A stretch of 64,000 nt of DNA from Octopus sinensis (lineage: Eukaryota), in the NCBI RefSeq assembly GCF_006345805.1, contig NC_043014.1, positions 45,756,001 to 45,820,000 of the forward strand, written 5' to 3'. Shown one piece after another: positions 50,964 through 63,914 of this stretch. Below the pieces are notes generated by a model that ran no database searches, was not told the origin of the DNA, and was given only the letters and a program-made list of their open reading frames with translations. The translations under genes were made by a program, and so were the position numbers. The stretch's first letter is position 1. The number at the start of each line of letters is the position of its first letter.

Positions 50964-51440
50964 TTTACTCTTTTACTTGTTTCAGTCATTTGACTGTGGC
51001 CATGCTGGAGCACTGCCTTTAGTCGAGCAAATTGACCCCAGGACTTTATTCTTTGTAAGCCTAGTACTTATTCTATTGGTCTCTTTTGCCAAACCGCTAA
51101 GTTACAGGGACGTAAGCACACCAGCATTGGTTGTCAAGCAATGTTGGAGGGACAAACACAGACACACAAACACACACACACACATATATATGCATATATA
51201 CGACAGGCTTCTTTCAGTTTCCGTCTACCAAATCCGAGGCTATAGTAGAAGACACTCGTCCAAGGTGCCACGCAGTGGGACTGCCACACAGCCACACCTG
51301 CCAAAGTTATTTTAATGAATTCTTGATTTATGTATTTCTTCAGTATTTTTTATGATCCATAACTTACAGGTGCCACGCAGTGGGACTGAACCCGGAACCA
51401 TGTGGTTGATAAGCAAGTTACTTACCACACAGCCACACCT
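50964..51440 (-). mobile_element. SINE family A with a rearranged head region
   Basis: Tail-to-head match; head segments are duplicated at 51263-51440. Confidence 0.85.
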
Positions 51441-52682
51441 GCAAAAGTTATTTTAATAAATTCTTAATTTTTCAAAATCGACTTAATCCTTTTCTCTGTC
51501 CTTGTTTGTCCCCCTCCATGTTTAGCCCCTTGTGGGCAATAAAGAAATAAGATTCAAAGGTGATGTCAGACAAGTTGTTAAGAAATGTATTTCTTCAGTA
51601 TTTTTTATGATCCATAACTTACAACAATTTGTTTGTATCATTAGTTACACTCGAATTGTACTGAAAAGAATACAGCTGTGAAAATAGTAAAAAGGGAAAT
51701 TTGTACATAAGATGGACAAGACAAACTATAAAGAAACTACAAAGCACCTATGGGAATTGGTATATGTTGTACACAGTATGGTTATGAATAATATGATCTA
51801 TGGCTCTCAACATTTCTCAGCCTTAAACAGTATGTGTGTAAAATAAAATAATAGGTGATATCTTTGGTAAACAATATTGATCAACAGACATGTGTAACTT
51901 ATAGAATCAGCCTTCTTTTATTGAATCATTCCCCATTCAGGGAAATGGTATTTCTATTAAATTGTTATGTTTCATTATAGTTACATAAACATTCCAGCTA
52001 TCATTTTATAAAATGCTATTTGTCTCTATCTCTGTCTCTCCCTTTTCACGTGTATGGGGCCATTTTAAGTGCTCCATTCGGGGGGGGGGGGCATGTGAAA
52101 ATACCAGGTATTCCCATGAAAACACGGCAAGGTAAATTACAATACAAAGAAACAGTGGATGTTTGGTGAGTGACTCAGTAGAAATAAACAAACAAACAAA
52201 CATATTCCTGATTCCTCAACATGAAAAAAAAAAAAAAAAAATCCAAATAAACATTCATTTTTTTAATTATTGGATTGGTCAGAAAGGAGAGGCACTGACC
52301 AACCTCATCAGACTTCTGAATACAATTCCAACGAAGAAACAATTATTTAATACAATAATACATTGGCTGATATTTGGTTAGTGACTCAGTAGAAGATACA
52401 AACACATTTCTAGTTCTCCACTATGAATAACTGAGGTTTATGGATCAACTTTACTGGATTTAGGATTTACAGTGAAATACTGACAATCATATTTCTTTTT
52501 TTACCATTGTAATTGAATCTCATATATATTTTTTTCCAATAAGTTTTTGATATTTTTTTTCCTTCTAAGTTTGAAATTACAGATTGGTGAAATGTATCTT
52601 TTTACAAAACCTTCAGCAGAAAATATAAAACATTTGAAAATCTGATTCTAACTCTAAGTGAAGTTCTGGTTTCTAATTCATG

Positions 52683-53082
52683 CCTATTTCTTTACTACCC
52701 ACAAGGGGCTAAAGACAGAGGGGACAAACAAGGACAGACAAAGAGATCAAGTCAATTACATCGACCCCAGTGCGTAACTGGTACTTAATTTATCGACCCC
52801 GAAAAGATGAAAGGCAAAGTGAACCTCGCCGGAATTGGCAGACAAAATTCCTATTTCTTTACTACCCACAAGGGGCTAAACACAGAGGGGACAAAAAAGG
52901 ACAGACAAACAGATTAAGTCGATTACATCCACCCCAGTGCATAACTGGTACTTAATTTATCGACCCCGAAAGGATGAAAGGCAAAGTCAACCTCGGCGGA
53001 ATTTGAACTCAGAACATAACGGCAGACGAAATACCGCTAAGCATTTCGCCCAGCGCGATAACGATTCTGCCAGCTCGCCGCC
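52683..53082 (-). mobile_element. SINE family B, head-to-tail dimer
   Basis: Full unit followed by a headless unit; junction AAGAAATAGG-AATTTTGTCTGCC on the minus strand. Confidence 0.9.
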
Positions 53083-53906
53083 TTTCCTAAGATAATTTAT
53101 ACCATGGACTTAAGCAGTGGGGTTTGTCAAGTAAATATCGAAGTGTAAGACAGCCATTAAGGCTTGGGAATCTTAACAGCTGATCGGCCTGGCCGTTGCT
53201 ACAGACAACGAGCATGTCCTGGAAGATGTCCAACATGGTTGATAAACAAACCATAATGAAGCGATTACAACAACAGGATTATTATCTTTGTGTAAAAGGT
53301 TTCCCCATTACCAATAATTAGATATATGTGCATTTATGGACAAGCATATGCATATATTAATCACCTATATAAAAATATAATATATATAGACATACACATA
53401 TGTATGCATATATTAATGACGTGTGCATATATATATACATATAAACACACATATATGTTTATCATATAGATGCATATACAAATGTATATATGTATAGGTA
53501 CATATATACATAGACGACAGGCTCTACCTAAATAGAGGCAAAGGAGGCAGAGGCTTGAAGCCAGTGCAGACAGCATTGAATATAGTCTCACTTAAATAGC
53601 AACTATAAAACAATAGCACAGACACACAGCTAATATACAAGACATGTGTAAGCTTGTTTTACGACAATGTGCTTCTGTACTCAACCCCTCTCACTGTATG
53701 ATATATTGATCAAGTGTCTTTTAATGCTGAGCTGACCATTATTTACTAGACAGAGTTTAGTAAAAAAAAGTGTATTGAATCCTATGTGTGTGCATACACA
53801 CACACACACACACACATAAAATACATATAATTATACATATGTCAATAAAAAATGTATCTGAAACAGCTATAGTAAACCATAACCCATTTGTGTTCTTTAT
53901 ACATAT

Positions 53907-54080
53907 ATCATCATCATCATCGTTTAGCGTCCGCTTTCCATGCAAGCATGGGTTGGACGGTTCAACCGGGGTCTGGGAAGCCAGAAGGCTGCACCAGGCC
54001 CTGTCTGATCTGGCAATGTTTCTACGGCTGGATGCCCTTCCTAACACCAACCACTCCGCGAGTGTAGTGGGTGCTTTTAC
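53907..54080 (-). mobile_element. SINE family C, 3' part
   Basis: (ATC)n CGTTTAGCGTCCGC...GGATGCCCTTCCTAACACCAACC...GGTGCTTTTAC. Confidence 0.85.
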
Positions 54081-54182
54081 TAAAAGTGGTGCTCCAGCAT
54101 GGCCGCAGTCATTTGACTGCTGCAAGTAAAAGAATATAAGTCAGTAAATGGTGGGGTTGCGTTAACCACACGTGGAGAAATG

Positions 54183-54324
54183 ATAGGAGAGGAAAAATTG
54201 TAATAAGGCAGAATGCTAAATTGAAAGTAAATTTTAATAAAAATGGGTTTTTAAAATTTTTCCTACACCTATTTTTATTAAAATTTACCTTCAATTTAGC
54301 ATTCTGCCTTATAATTTTTCCTCT

Positions 54325-54329
<5 letters not shown>
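54183..54329. repeat. Inverted repeat (~63-bp arms, ~20-nt loop) abutting (TA)n
   Basis: ATAGGAGAGGAAAAATT..ATAAGGCAGAATGCTAAATTGAA / TTCAATTTAGCATTCTGCCTTAT..AATTTTTCCTCTCCTAT. Confidence 0.9.
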
Positions 54330-54369
<40 letters not shown>

Positions 54370-55004
54370 ATTAGTATGCTATAAAAAATAAAATAGTTAT
54401 TCCAATTGACAGTGATTATATCCCTTTACTTCCAGGTCAAGTTAAGTCTTGTCTTTGGTTATGAGATCAATAAAAAGCAAATACCAAATGGAGGACTTTG
54501 GGATTGATATATTTGACCAAAAAACCTTGAAGTGAGTGCCCCAACTTGGTCGCAGTCCAATTACTAAAACCACCAAAAAGAATGGAAGCTCAACCTATCT
54601 GTCTGTCAACCTATCTGTCTTATTTCTATCGGCAGCACTCATTTTGTACCACGGAAGGGCAAATTACTCTTTGGCCAAATCTACCTTGTCCATCTCCCCT
54701 ATGGCCACCACTGGAATCTGTGGGTCAACAGAAATGGATTGGACAGCACAGGTGTAATGCAACATATTGAGGCTGCCACACTGCACATCATGCAATTTGG
54801 TGCAACATGTCGATGTGCATTGTGCGGATAGTTCTCAGCACAACATTGGAAATATATATTTTGTCTCTTGCCAAGCTGTCTGGCCAACTAAACTATTTGT
54901 AAGTCTATATAGGACTGTTTGGTTTCTGGGTGAGTCAGACTTGACCTGCAGCAACAAAATAGTAACAGCTTGCTTCAAAAAGTTCAGATACCCTATACAT
55001 TATT

Positions 55005-55007
55005 TAT

Positions 55008-55053
<46 letters not shown>

Positions 55054-55554
55054 GAATATAGATATACATAGATATACATAGGAACATATACACAAATTCA
55101 CATAAATATACATATATACACGGGTACATATATACACATAGACACATACACGGGTACATATATATATATATACATACACACACATACACGGGTACATATA
55201 TACACAGACACACACATGAATATAGATACACAGAAATATACATAGGGACATATACACAAATACATATATACACAGACACACACATGAATACAGTTACACA
55301 TGAATATACATATGCACATATACACAAATACATATAAATACACACACATTTAGATACACACACACACACATTATAAGTGTGTGTGTGCTTTAGCAGGTCT
55401 GTTTCACACACCACACACACACACACACAAATATAGATACATATAAATATACATATACACAAAAATACATATACCCACACACGCATACACACAAGAACAT
55501 GCAACAGAGTAATCGGCACATACATGCATAAACACGCACACACACACACACACA

Positions 55555-55591
<37 letters not shown>

Positions 55592-55852
55592 CTCTCTCGT
55601 CATCTCTCTCTCTCTCTCTCGCTCTCGTCTCTCTCTCTCTCTCCTAAAGCATTGTTTGTCTGAGACGGATCAAGGGAGGTATGTGTGTGTATGCAAAACG
55701 ACTATTTCCTGACAATTACAACCACACAGAGAGAGAACACCTGACCGTAGGAGTGTGTGTGCAAATGGGCACAAGACAATCTGACATTTACACACACAAG
55801 AATGTAAGTGTCTAAGTGCTTGTGCATATGTGTGTGTGTGTGTGTGTGCGTG

Positions 55853-55884
<32 letters not shown>

Positions 55885-56146
55885 GGAAAACTGCTTTGCA
55901 TTACTCGTTTGTCATGTTTGTTTGTCTCAGTAAGGTAGAGTCAAAAAGAAAGGTGGGTCGTCTTTTCCACTGCAAGAGGTCGGGGATACTGAGAGAGAAA
56001 GATAGAAAGAAAGAAGGACAGACAGACAGCTAGCTAGCTAGCTAGATAGATAGAGAGTGAGATAATAGAGAGTGAGAGATAGGGAGAGAGAGATAGGGAG
56101 AGAGGTAGATAGGTAGGTAGATATGTAGATAGGTAGGTAGGTAGAT

Positions 56147-56196
<50 letters not shown>

Positions 56197-56315
56197 GGGG
56201 GGAGGAGAGATAGATAGATAGGGAGAGAGATAGAGACAGACAGATAGAGAGAGAGACACACACAGATACAGAGATAGATAGATAGATAGATAGAGAGAGG
56301 GATAGAGATAGATAT

Positions 56316-56364
<49 letters not shown>

Positions 56365-56365
56365 T
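55005..56365. repeat. Microsatellite field: CA/TA, (CT)n, (TG)(GA)n and (GATA)n
   Basis: Direct reading. Confidence 0.9.
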
Positions 56366-57440
56366 GGTTTTGAGCTACTAATTATAGTGACCATCCCTGA
56401 ATAAAGATTGGGCTGGGCTGAGCTGCTCACCGAATGAGCAATAATACAAACACTTCAGACATGGAAAAAGAGAAAAAAGGAGTGGGTGAAATGGAGAGAG
56501 TGGTTGAGTGAGAAGTTAGCAAAATGGGAAAAGAGTGAAAGAAAAGAGAAGACATCAAGAGAGAAAGAAGAGAACAGACTTAGGACCAACAAGTAATCCA
56601 CACCTTTGTTTTTTTTTGTCTTTTTTTTTGGATTACATGATCCAATGTCTCCTGCTTCTCATTCACAATTTCTAGCAAACTGAGAGATTATAAGATCCCT
56701 TTGCTGTCTATGTGTTGTTGCTAAGCCAAGGTCAATTCAGATGAAGGACCATCCCATCACTTTGTACATTTAGGACATTATCCAGTTGGGTGTGTCTTGT
56801 TTTGTACGGTACCACATGAGACTTGGCTGCTATTTCTAGCAGGTCGAGCAGCTACATAGAGGCTCTGATGTTGATTGTATTTCTGTATTGTTCTGCAGCT
56901 GAGATATTAGAAAAAAGAACCCTGGGAAAATCTATGAAGCATTTACCAGGCTTACTTTTGTCCGTGTCAGTGTTATTAAATCTACACATTATTTCATAAA
57001 TGAATATATGCCATAAACAAACATACAAAGAAAGGAAATTACAAACAAAGGTAGGTACAAAGGTAGTAGTGTGTGTTTCTCTGCAGTCTCAGTATATACA
57101 CACTCAATTAGTTCCACTTTCTCTTCTGTAATGTGAGCAGATATATGTAGTTCCTCTATGACAGGAAACCTGTTCTGCTCTACAATCTCCTAGCAAACTA
57201 GTGAGGCCATCTTGTAAACCACTAGTGTTGGTGACAAGGAGAAAGAAAAAAAGATCACTAAGTACACATGTTGTAAACTGGCTGGCATTAGGGATGGCAT
57301 CCAGTCGAAGAAACCATGCCGAAACAATCACAGGAGCACAATGCAGTCCTTGGCTTCATCAGACCTTATCAAACCATTCAACCCATGTCAGCATGGAACA
57401 CTGATGCTGAATGGTGTTGTTGTTGTTGATGATATATATT

Positions 57441-57779
57441 TGAGACCCCCTTCAGTCATGGCTGACTGTGGGATTGCACCTGGAAAGTTACCCTCCCAGG
57501 CACAAGTCCGGGCATGGTTGTTTATGGAAGACCAGCAGTCGCCCATGCATACCAGTCTCCCCTCTCCATGCCACTAATGCTATCCAAGAGAAAGGCAAAG
57601 GGGCCAATACAGCTTGGCACCTGTGACATCACAACTCATTTCTACAGCTGAGTGAACTGGAGCAACGTGAAATAAAGTGTCTTGCTCAAGAACACAACAC
57701 GCAGCCTGGTCCGGGAATCGAACTCACAACCTCACGATCGTAAGCTCAACGCTCTAACCACTGAGCCATGCACCTTCAC
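57441..57779 (-). mobile_element. tRNA-derived CORE-type SINE
   Basis: Minus strand TGGCTCAGTGGTTAGAGCG...GAGTTCGATTCCC (A/B boxes), then GTTGTGTTCTTGAGCAAGACACTTTATTTCAC...CAGCTGTAGAAATGAG (CORE-like). Confidence 0.85.
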
Positions 57780-58494
57780 TATTTGTATATACACAAACAC
57801 ATATACACATATGTACATACATACACACACCCACCCACCCACACTCATACAGCCTGCCTCTACTAAAATTGTTATTCTATGTGGTGAGTAAAATATCAAA
57901 TACTATATTAAATAAGTAAACTAGGGGAAAGTTGAGCCAACAAGGTAGTCTGTGTACCATATGTAGGTACATCCTTACTTCTGGGCAAAATTTTGCCTGT
58001 ATTCTAAAAATCTATATTTTAAAACACTGTTTAAACCTTAAGACCAAAATGGAAAACTTAATGCAAGCTACATGCCTGTGAAATTAAAGAGACATTGTTT
58101 TTCTCAAGGTAGGAATGGCTGCCACAGGTTCTAATGCATCTGTGTACTAAAAGAGAAAAAACAGTTCTTCAGTTCTTCTCTATGTGAATACTCAATCTGC
58201 TAAATGTTGTTGACAAAACTCTCTTAAATCAAACTCTAAATGATTTTTGAGAGACAAAGATAGGAAGGTCATGGTTGGAATACACTTCTGATCATAGGTC
58301 TGGCTCAAACAGAGCCAGCCTAATGTTGAACAAAAACAACTGCTCATACACGAAGAATTGCAATAGTGAGCCATTACATAAATTTGTTGTTGTTTTGCCC
58401 AGGTCAGTCTTGATTGAATAGGACTATGAGCAAAGACATTCCAGTTGTGATCATCCCGTCTTTTTTTTTTTTAATCTCATCTCAAACATCTTTT

Positions 58495-58775
58495 ATCTTT
58501 TGCTTGTTTCAGTCATTGGACTGTGGCAGTGCCGGGGCATCACTTTGGTTTTAGTTAGACAAATTGACCCTAATACTTTAAATTTTTTTAGTCAGGTGCT
58601 CATACAAAAACACACACAGAAAGATATATACACATATGATGGCCATCCACACACAGTTTCTGACCAAAGCATTGGTCAGTCTGGGGATATAGTAGAAGAC
58701 ACTTGCTCAAGGTACCATGCAGGGGACTGAACCTGGAACCAGTGAAATTGCAAAGTGAACTTAATAACCACACAT
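58495..58775 (-). mobile_element. SINE family A, heavily degenerate
   Basis: CTTGTTTCAGTCATTGGACTGTGGC...AGTAGAAGACACTTGCTCAAGG...GACTGAACC. Confidence 0.65.
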
Positions 58776-59341
58776 CCATTTACACTTTGTTTTTTCTAAG
58801 ACGACAGGGTATGATTTGAGGGAGATTTGGTCATTATTTTTAGCAGGTCAAATGACTTCCTAGTGAGCTCATGCATGAGTGTGTGAGGTTTTTTTTCTCC
58901 CACTTCTCTTTTAGTCTCATATAACCATATACAATTAAATTGCATAGCAACATTTTATGAGAAACCTTTTAAAAATTCTTGTCTAATTTTTTTTCTGATA
59001 CACAGCACAAACTTTCAAATTATGATTAAAAAAACAAAATAGATATATTTCTAGAACTTCTCTCTACTGGGTTAGGATTCTATAAATTTAAAAATGTGTA
59101 TAAAATTGCCAAGACAACATCTACTGGGAATTAAAAATTTGGTGTGAGAGGTAGCAGGTAGCAATGGTAGCTAGAATGAGAGGATCTTTCCCTTCTGTGA
59201 AGGGTTGGGAAGCACAGAGCTGCTAATCTATCTTGATAGATGTGCAGGGTCCAATTAAGTTTGGTGCCAGACTTGGCATACAGGGAAGTCCCAAAAGGGG
59301 CAGCTTTCACAAAAAGATTTCTAATTAAAGTGGAAAGAAGT

Positions 59342-59494
59342 TACACACACACACACACACACAGATACATACACACAAATATATAGACATAGATACACAC
59401 AGACAGATGTACACACACATATATATAGACATAGACAGATATACACACACACACACAGACATATATATAGACATAGATACACACAGACCGATGT

Positions 59495-59525
<31 letters not shown>

Positions 59526-59650
59526 GACATAGATACACAGACAGATGTACACACACACACGCACACACATATATATTTAGACATAGATACACAGACAGAT
59601 GTACACACACACACACATATATATAAACATAGATACACACAGACAGATGT

Positions 59651-59681
<31 letters not shown>

Positions 59682-60095
59682 CATAGATACACACATACAG
59701 ATGTACACACACACACACATATAGACATAGATACACACATACAGATGTACACACACACACATATATATTCATATGTGTACAGACACACATACATGGAAAC
59801 AAAGACTATGAAATAGATATGAGAGAGACAAGATACATGGAAAGAGAGCATGTAGCTACACACACACACCACACATATATATATAGACATAGATACACAC
59901 ATACAGATGTACACACACACACACACACACACATATATAGACATAGATACACACATACAGATGTACACACACACACATATATATTCATATGTGTACAGAC
60001 ACACATACATGGAAACAAAGACTATGAAATAGATATGAGAGAGACAAGATACATGGAAAGAGAGCATGTAGCTACACACACACACACACACACAA
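59342..60095. repeat. Minisatellite (ATATAGACATAGATACACACAGACAGATGTACACAC units) with a higher-order ~220-bp duplication
   Basis: Unique block ATTCATATGTGTACAG...GAGCATGTAGCTAC at ~59767 and ~59983. Confidence 0.9.
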
Positions 60096-60734
60096 ATAGT
60101 GAAAGAGTGAAGATCCAATTGTGCATGAGGGAGGTAAAGCTGTGGCGAAGAAGGTGGGAATTCCTTCTTGAAAATAAGCCATTTCATTCAGAGATGCCAT
60201 AAAAGTGAATCACGCATTTCACCAGTTTACCATTTTTTACCATTTACCAACAGAAATGAAACATCGCTGGAAACAATCATGTCTTTGAGCTATCAGAAGG
60301 GAGAGGAAGAGGAAGAGGAGGAGGGAGAAGTGGAGGACAAGGAGGAAGAGGGACATGGTTTATTATTCAATTTTGTTTGCACAATATTATCTGCAGAGTG
60401 GACATCCCTGGCAGGCAGGAAAACCAAGTGCCCAGTGGCAGGGTAAACCGAAGCAAGGGGCGGTGGAAGAAACAGAAAAGCTGATGATGAATAACAATAG
60501 AAGTGTTAGGAAGTGGTAGGCGAGGTTGGATGGTGGTAGGTAGGATGTGGAAAGGAATGGTGAAAATGCAATAATTATTGGGAGTGCAAACCTCAACCAA
60601 CTTACCAACCTACCTACCTACCTCTTTGCTACCATCGATTCTTGTTCCATTCCTTGGTGGCGGAAAACAGGAAAATACAGGGAAGAGGGCAAAAAGGAAA
60701 CAAGGCTTCAAGGAATGGTAAGGGTTATCCAGAG

Positions 60735-61530
60735 AGAGAAGTGGGGAGAGAAGAGAAAGTAGGAGGAAGGGAGAGGGGGAAGAGAGAGAGAATGAATGTG
60801 TGAGAAGACAGAGGTGGAGAGAGGAAAGAGAGAGTGAAAGTGTGAGAGTTGAGAGAGAGGAGAGAGAAGAGAGTGAACGAGTGAAAGTGTGTAAGAGCGG
60901 TGAGAGATAGAGAAAGAGAGAAAATAAGAGACTGAGAAGAGAGAGTAGGGAGAATGGAGAGAGGGAAGAGAGAGAATGAAAGTGTGAGAGAGGAGAGAGA
61001 TAGAGAAAGAGAGAGAAGAGAGTGAATGAGTGAAAGTGTGTAAGAGAGGTGAGAGAGAGAAAATAAGAGATTGAGAAGAGATAGAGAGAGATGGATCAAG
61101 GGAAGAGAGTAAGAGAGAGAGAATGAGCAAAGAGAGAGAGAGAATGAGCAAAGAGAGAGAGAGAGAGTGGAAAGAGAGAGAGAGTGGAAAGAAGGAGAGA
61201 GAAAGAGAAGAGAGTGAGTGAAAGTGTGTAAGAGAGGTGAGAGATAGAGAAAGAGAGAAAATAAGAGACTGAGAAGAAATAGAGATGGATCAAGGAGAGA
61301 GTGAATGAGCAGAGAGAGAGAGAGAGACAGAGAGAGGGGAAAGAGGAGAGAGAGAAGAGAGAGAGTGGAAAGAGGAGAGAGAGAAGAGAGTGAGTGAAAG
61401 TGTGTAAGAGAGGTGAGAGATAGAGAAAGAGAGAGAAGAGAGAGAGTGGAAAGAGGAGAGAGAGAGAGAGAGAGAATGAGCAAAGAGAGAGAGAGAGAAA
61501 ATAAGAGATTGAGAAGAGATAGGGAGAGAG
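60735..61530. repeat. Purine-rich (GA) minisatellite with recurring GAGTGAAAGTGTGTAAGAGAGGTGAGAGATAGAG units
   Basis: Direct reading; source of the poly-L/S ORFs. Confidence 0.9.
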
Positions 61531-61756
61531 ACCAAGTAAAACACTATTGGCTTTGTCGTTTAATATTCCGTCAATGCATTTGTTGTCTCTTCCCAGAGAA
61601 TGCCAAGAGATTGTCACTATTATGAATTTGGCATAATGCCAAGGACCCAGGAATCCCATCTCTTGCCAGCAGGTTAACACCATTTGACACAGCACAAGTA
61701 ACAAAAAAAAAAAATGTAAACATGTCACTTTATGTGTGTGTGTATATGTGTATATA

Positions 61757-61967
61757 TACTCTTTACTCTTTTACTTGTTTCAGTCATCTGACTGCGGCCA
61801 TGCTGGAGCACCGCCTTTAATCGAGCATATCGACCCCAGGACTTATTCTTTGTAAGCCCAGTACTTATTCTATCGGTCTCTTTTGCCGAACTGCTAAGTA
61901 ACGGAGACATAAACACACTAGCATCGGTTGTCAAACAATGCTAGAGGGACAAACACAGACATATATA

Positions 61968-62019
<52 letters not shown>

Positions 62020-62192
62020 ACATATATACAATGGGCTTCTTTCAGTTTCCGTCTACCAAATCCACTCACAAGGCTTTGGTCGTCCCGAGGCTATAGTAGA
62101 AGACACTTGCCCAAGGTGCCACGCAGTGGGACTGAAACCGGAACCATGTGGTTGGTAAGCAAGCTACTTACCACACAGCCACTCCTACGCCT
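61757..62192 (-). mobile_element. SINE family A, full length
   Basis: Tail-to-head match. Confidence 0.9.
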
Positions 62193-62444
62193 ATGTATGT
62201 ATATTTTCTTTTTTTTTTTTACCTTTAAATCTTGAGTGATTCTCGTTATTTCAGGTGGCCACAAGACACCACTGGACAATGATTAGAATATGGACATTTG
62301 GTTTCACTGATAATGATGATGATGATGCTGATGAGGACAAGGAGGAAAATGAGAATAACAGATGGTGGTATGCCAGCATGGAACATGAACATTAAATGAT
62401 GATGATGATGATAATGATATAAAAACACAAGTACAGTGAGTGTA

Positions 62445-62592
62445 GGTGGCATGTAAAAAGCACCAGCTACAATCACGGAGTGGTTGGCATTAGGAAAGGC
62501 ATCCAGCTGTAGAAACACTGCCAAATCAGACTGGAGCCGTCCAACCCATGCTAGCATGGAAAACGGACGTTAAACGATGATGATGATGATGA
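62445..62592 (+). mobile_element. SINE family C, internally deleted
   Basis: GGTGGCATGTAAAAAGCACC...GGACGTTAAAC(GAT)n. Confidence 0.8.
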
Positions 62593-62611
62593 TTTTCATG
62601 TTATTTTTTCC

Positions 62612-63017
62612 CCCAGAAATGTTAGCACGCTGGGTGAAATGCGTAGCCGTATTTCGTCTGCCGTTACGTTCAGAGTTCAAATTCCGCCGAGGTCGAATTT
62701 GCCTTTCATCCTTTTGGGGTCGATAAATTAAGTACCAGTTACACACTGGGGTCGATGTAATTGACTTAATCTGTTTGTCTGTCCTTGTTTGTCCCCTCTG
62801 TGTTTAGCCCCTTGTGGGGTAGTAAAGAAAAACGAATTTTGTCTGCCGTTATGTTCTGAAATCAAATTCCGCCGAGGTCGACTTTGCCTTTCATCCTTTC
62901 GGGGTCGATAAATTAAGTACCAGTTACGCACTGGGGGATCAATGTAATCGACTTAGTCTCTTTGCCTGTCCTTGTTTGTCCCCTCTGTGTTTAGCCCCTT
63001 GTGGGTAGTAAAGAAAT
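62612..63017 (+). mobile_element. SINE family B, head-to-tail dimer
   Basis: Second unit starts GAATTTTGTCTGCCGTT directly after the first tail. Confidence 0.88.
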
Positions 63018-63914
63018 ATATTTTATTTCCCAATCATATTTAGATCCCCACCACCACCACCACCACTCCTCCTGCCATTTTTTTGTGATCTGTTCTGGTT
63101 AATGCCTCCCCACCTGTCCTATCACCTATGCTAATAAAAGAAATTCCTTTCTTCTTATTGTCATCAACATCATGTATAGTTTATGACATTCATGAACTTT
63201 GCAGGTAAAGTCATCGCTTGTAAAGAAAGAAAGGTCAACCCTTTGGAAACTACAACAGAGGCTTAGATGAGGTCCCCTTTCCTCCAGCACCCACATCTAC
63301 CCCCTTAACGTCATTTACATACCTACAGACTTATTTACCTACCTACCTGTAAAGCCATGCATTATTTATAAAGTGATTTTACATTAAGAGCGGGGGGGGG
63401 GTCTAGTATCCACAATAAAACAGCTCTTCACTTTGAATGTTCCAGACAGATATACAAGAGATAAACACTTGTTAGGAGGGGGGGAAGGGTAGGAGGAACA
63501 GTTGTTACAAAAGATAAAGAGGATAAAAAGAAGGAACACTTATTAGGAAGGAGGGAGGGGATGAGGAACACTTGTTAGAAAGAAAAGGGGGTGGGCGGGA
63601 GAGAGAGAGAGAGAGAGTAGTTTTGATTTATGTCAACATATGTAGTAAACCAACACTCCATTAAAAGGCCATCCAGTAGATCCTTAAAGTTTCTCATAAA
63701 TATACATACAAGAGAGGAAACCAGGAGAGTTTTAGATGTTCATGCCTGCTCCCTTTTAACAAGGACATCACTTGTAAACCCAACTACAGCACTAAAATAA
63801 GACAAAAATCAAACACAAAAAAAAAAGGTTTCTGGTTTTCGTCCCTCTATCCTTCTTTCCCTAGTATCCCTTTCATCTAAATACCCATGAGCTAATATCA
63901 CCTGAGCACCTCTA

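Noticed and set aside
53095-53290. Possible decayed mariner-like transposase fragment (KAWES*QLIGLAVATDNEHVLEDVQ)
   Set aside because: Similarity too weak to support by eye; no TIRs or catalytic motifs seen; needs tBLASTn/HMM
54580-54960. Complex unique sequence as a coding exon
   Set aside because: Short ORFs on both strands with no recognisable domain or convincing splice pair
16770-57779. tRNA-like sequences at SINE heads as real tRNA genes
   Set aside because: They have A/B boxes but no intact acceptor stem and continue into SINE bodies
2318-61728. Numerous long ORFs rich in Y/I/H/T, C/V/M, L/S, poly-M or poly-V
   Set aside because: Translations of microsatellites lacking stop codons; no coding signal
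4-62931. Recurrent short ORFs such as DGLLSVSVYQIHSQGFG, FQSFDCGHAGA and MRNWYLIYRPRKDERQS
   Set aside because: Chance read-through of SINE families A and B, not a gene family
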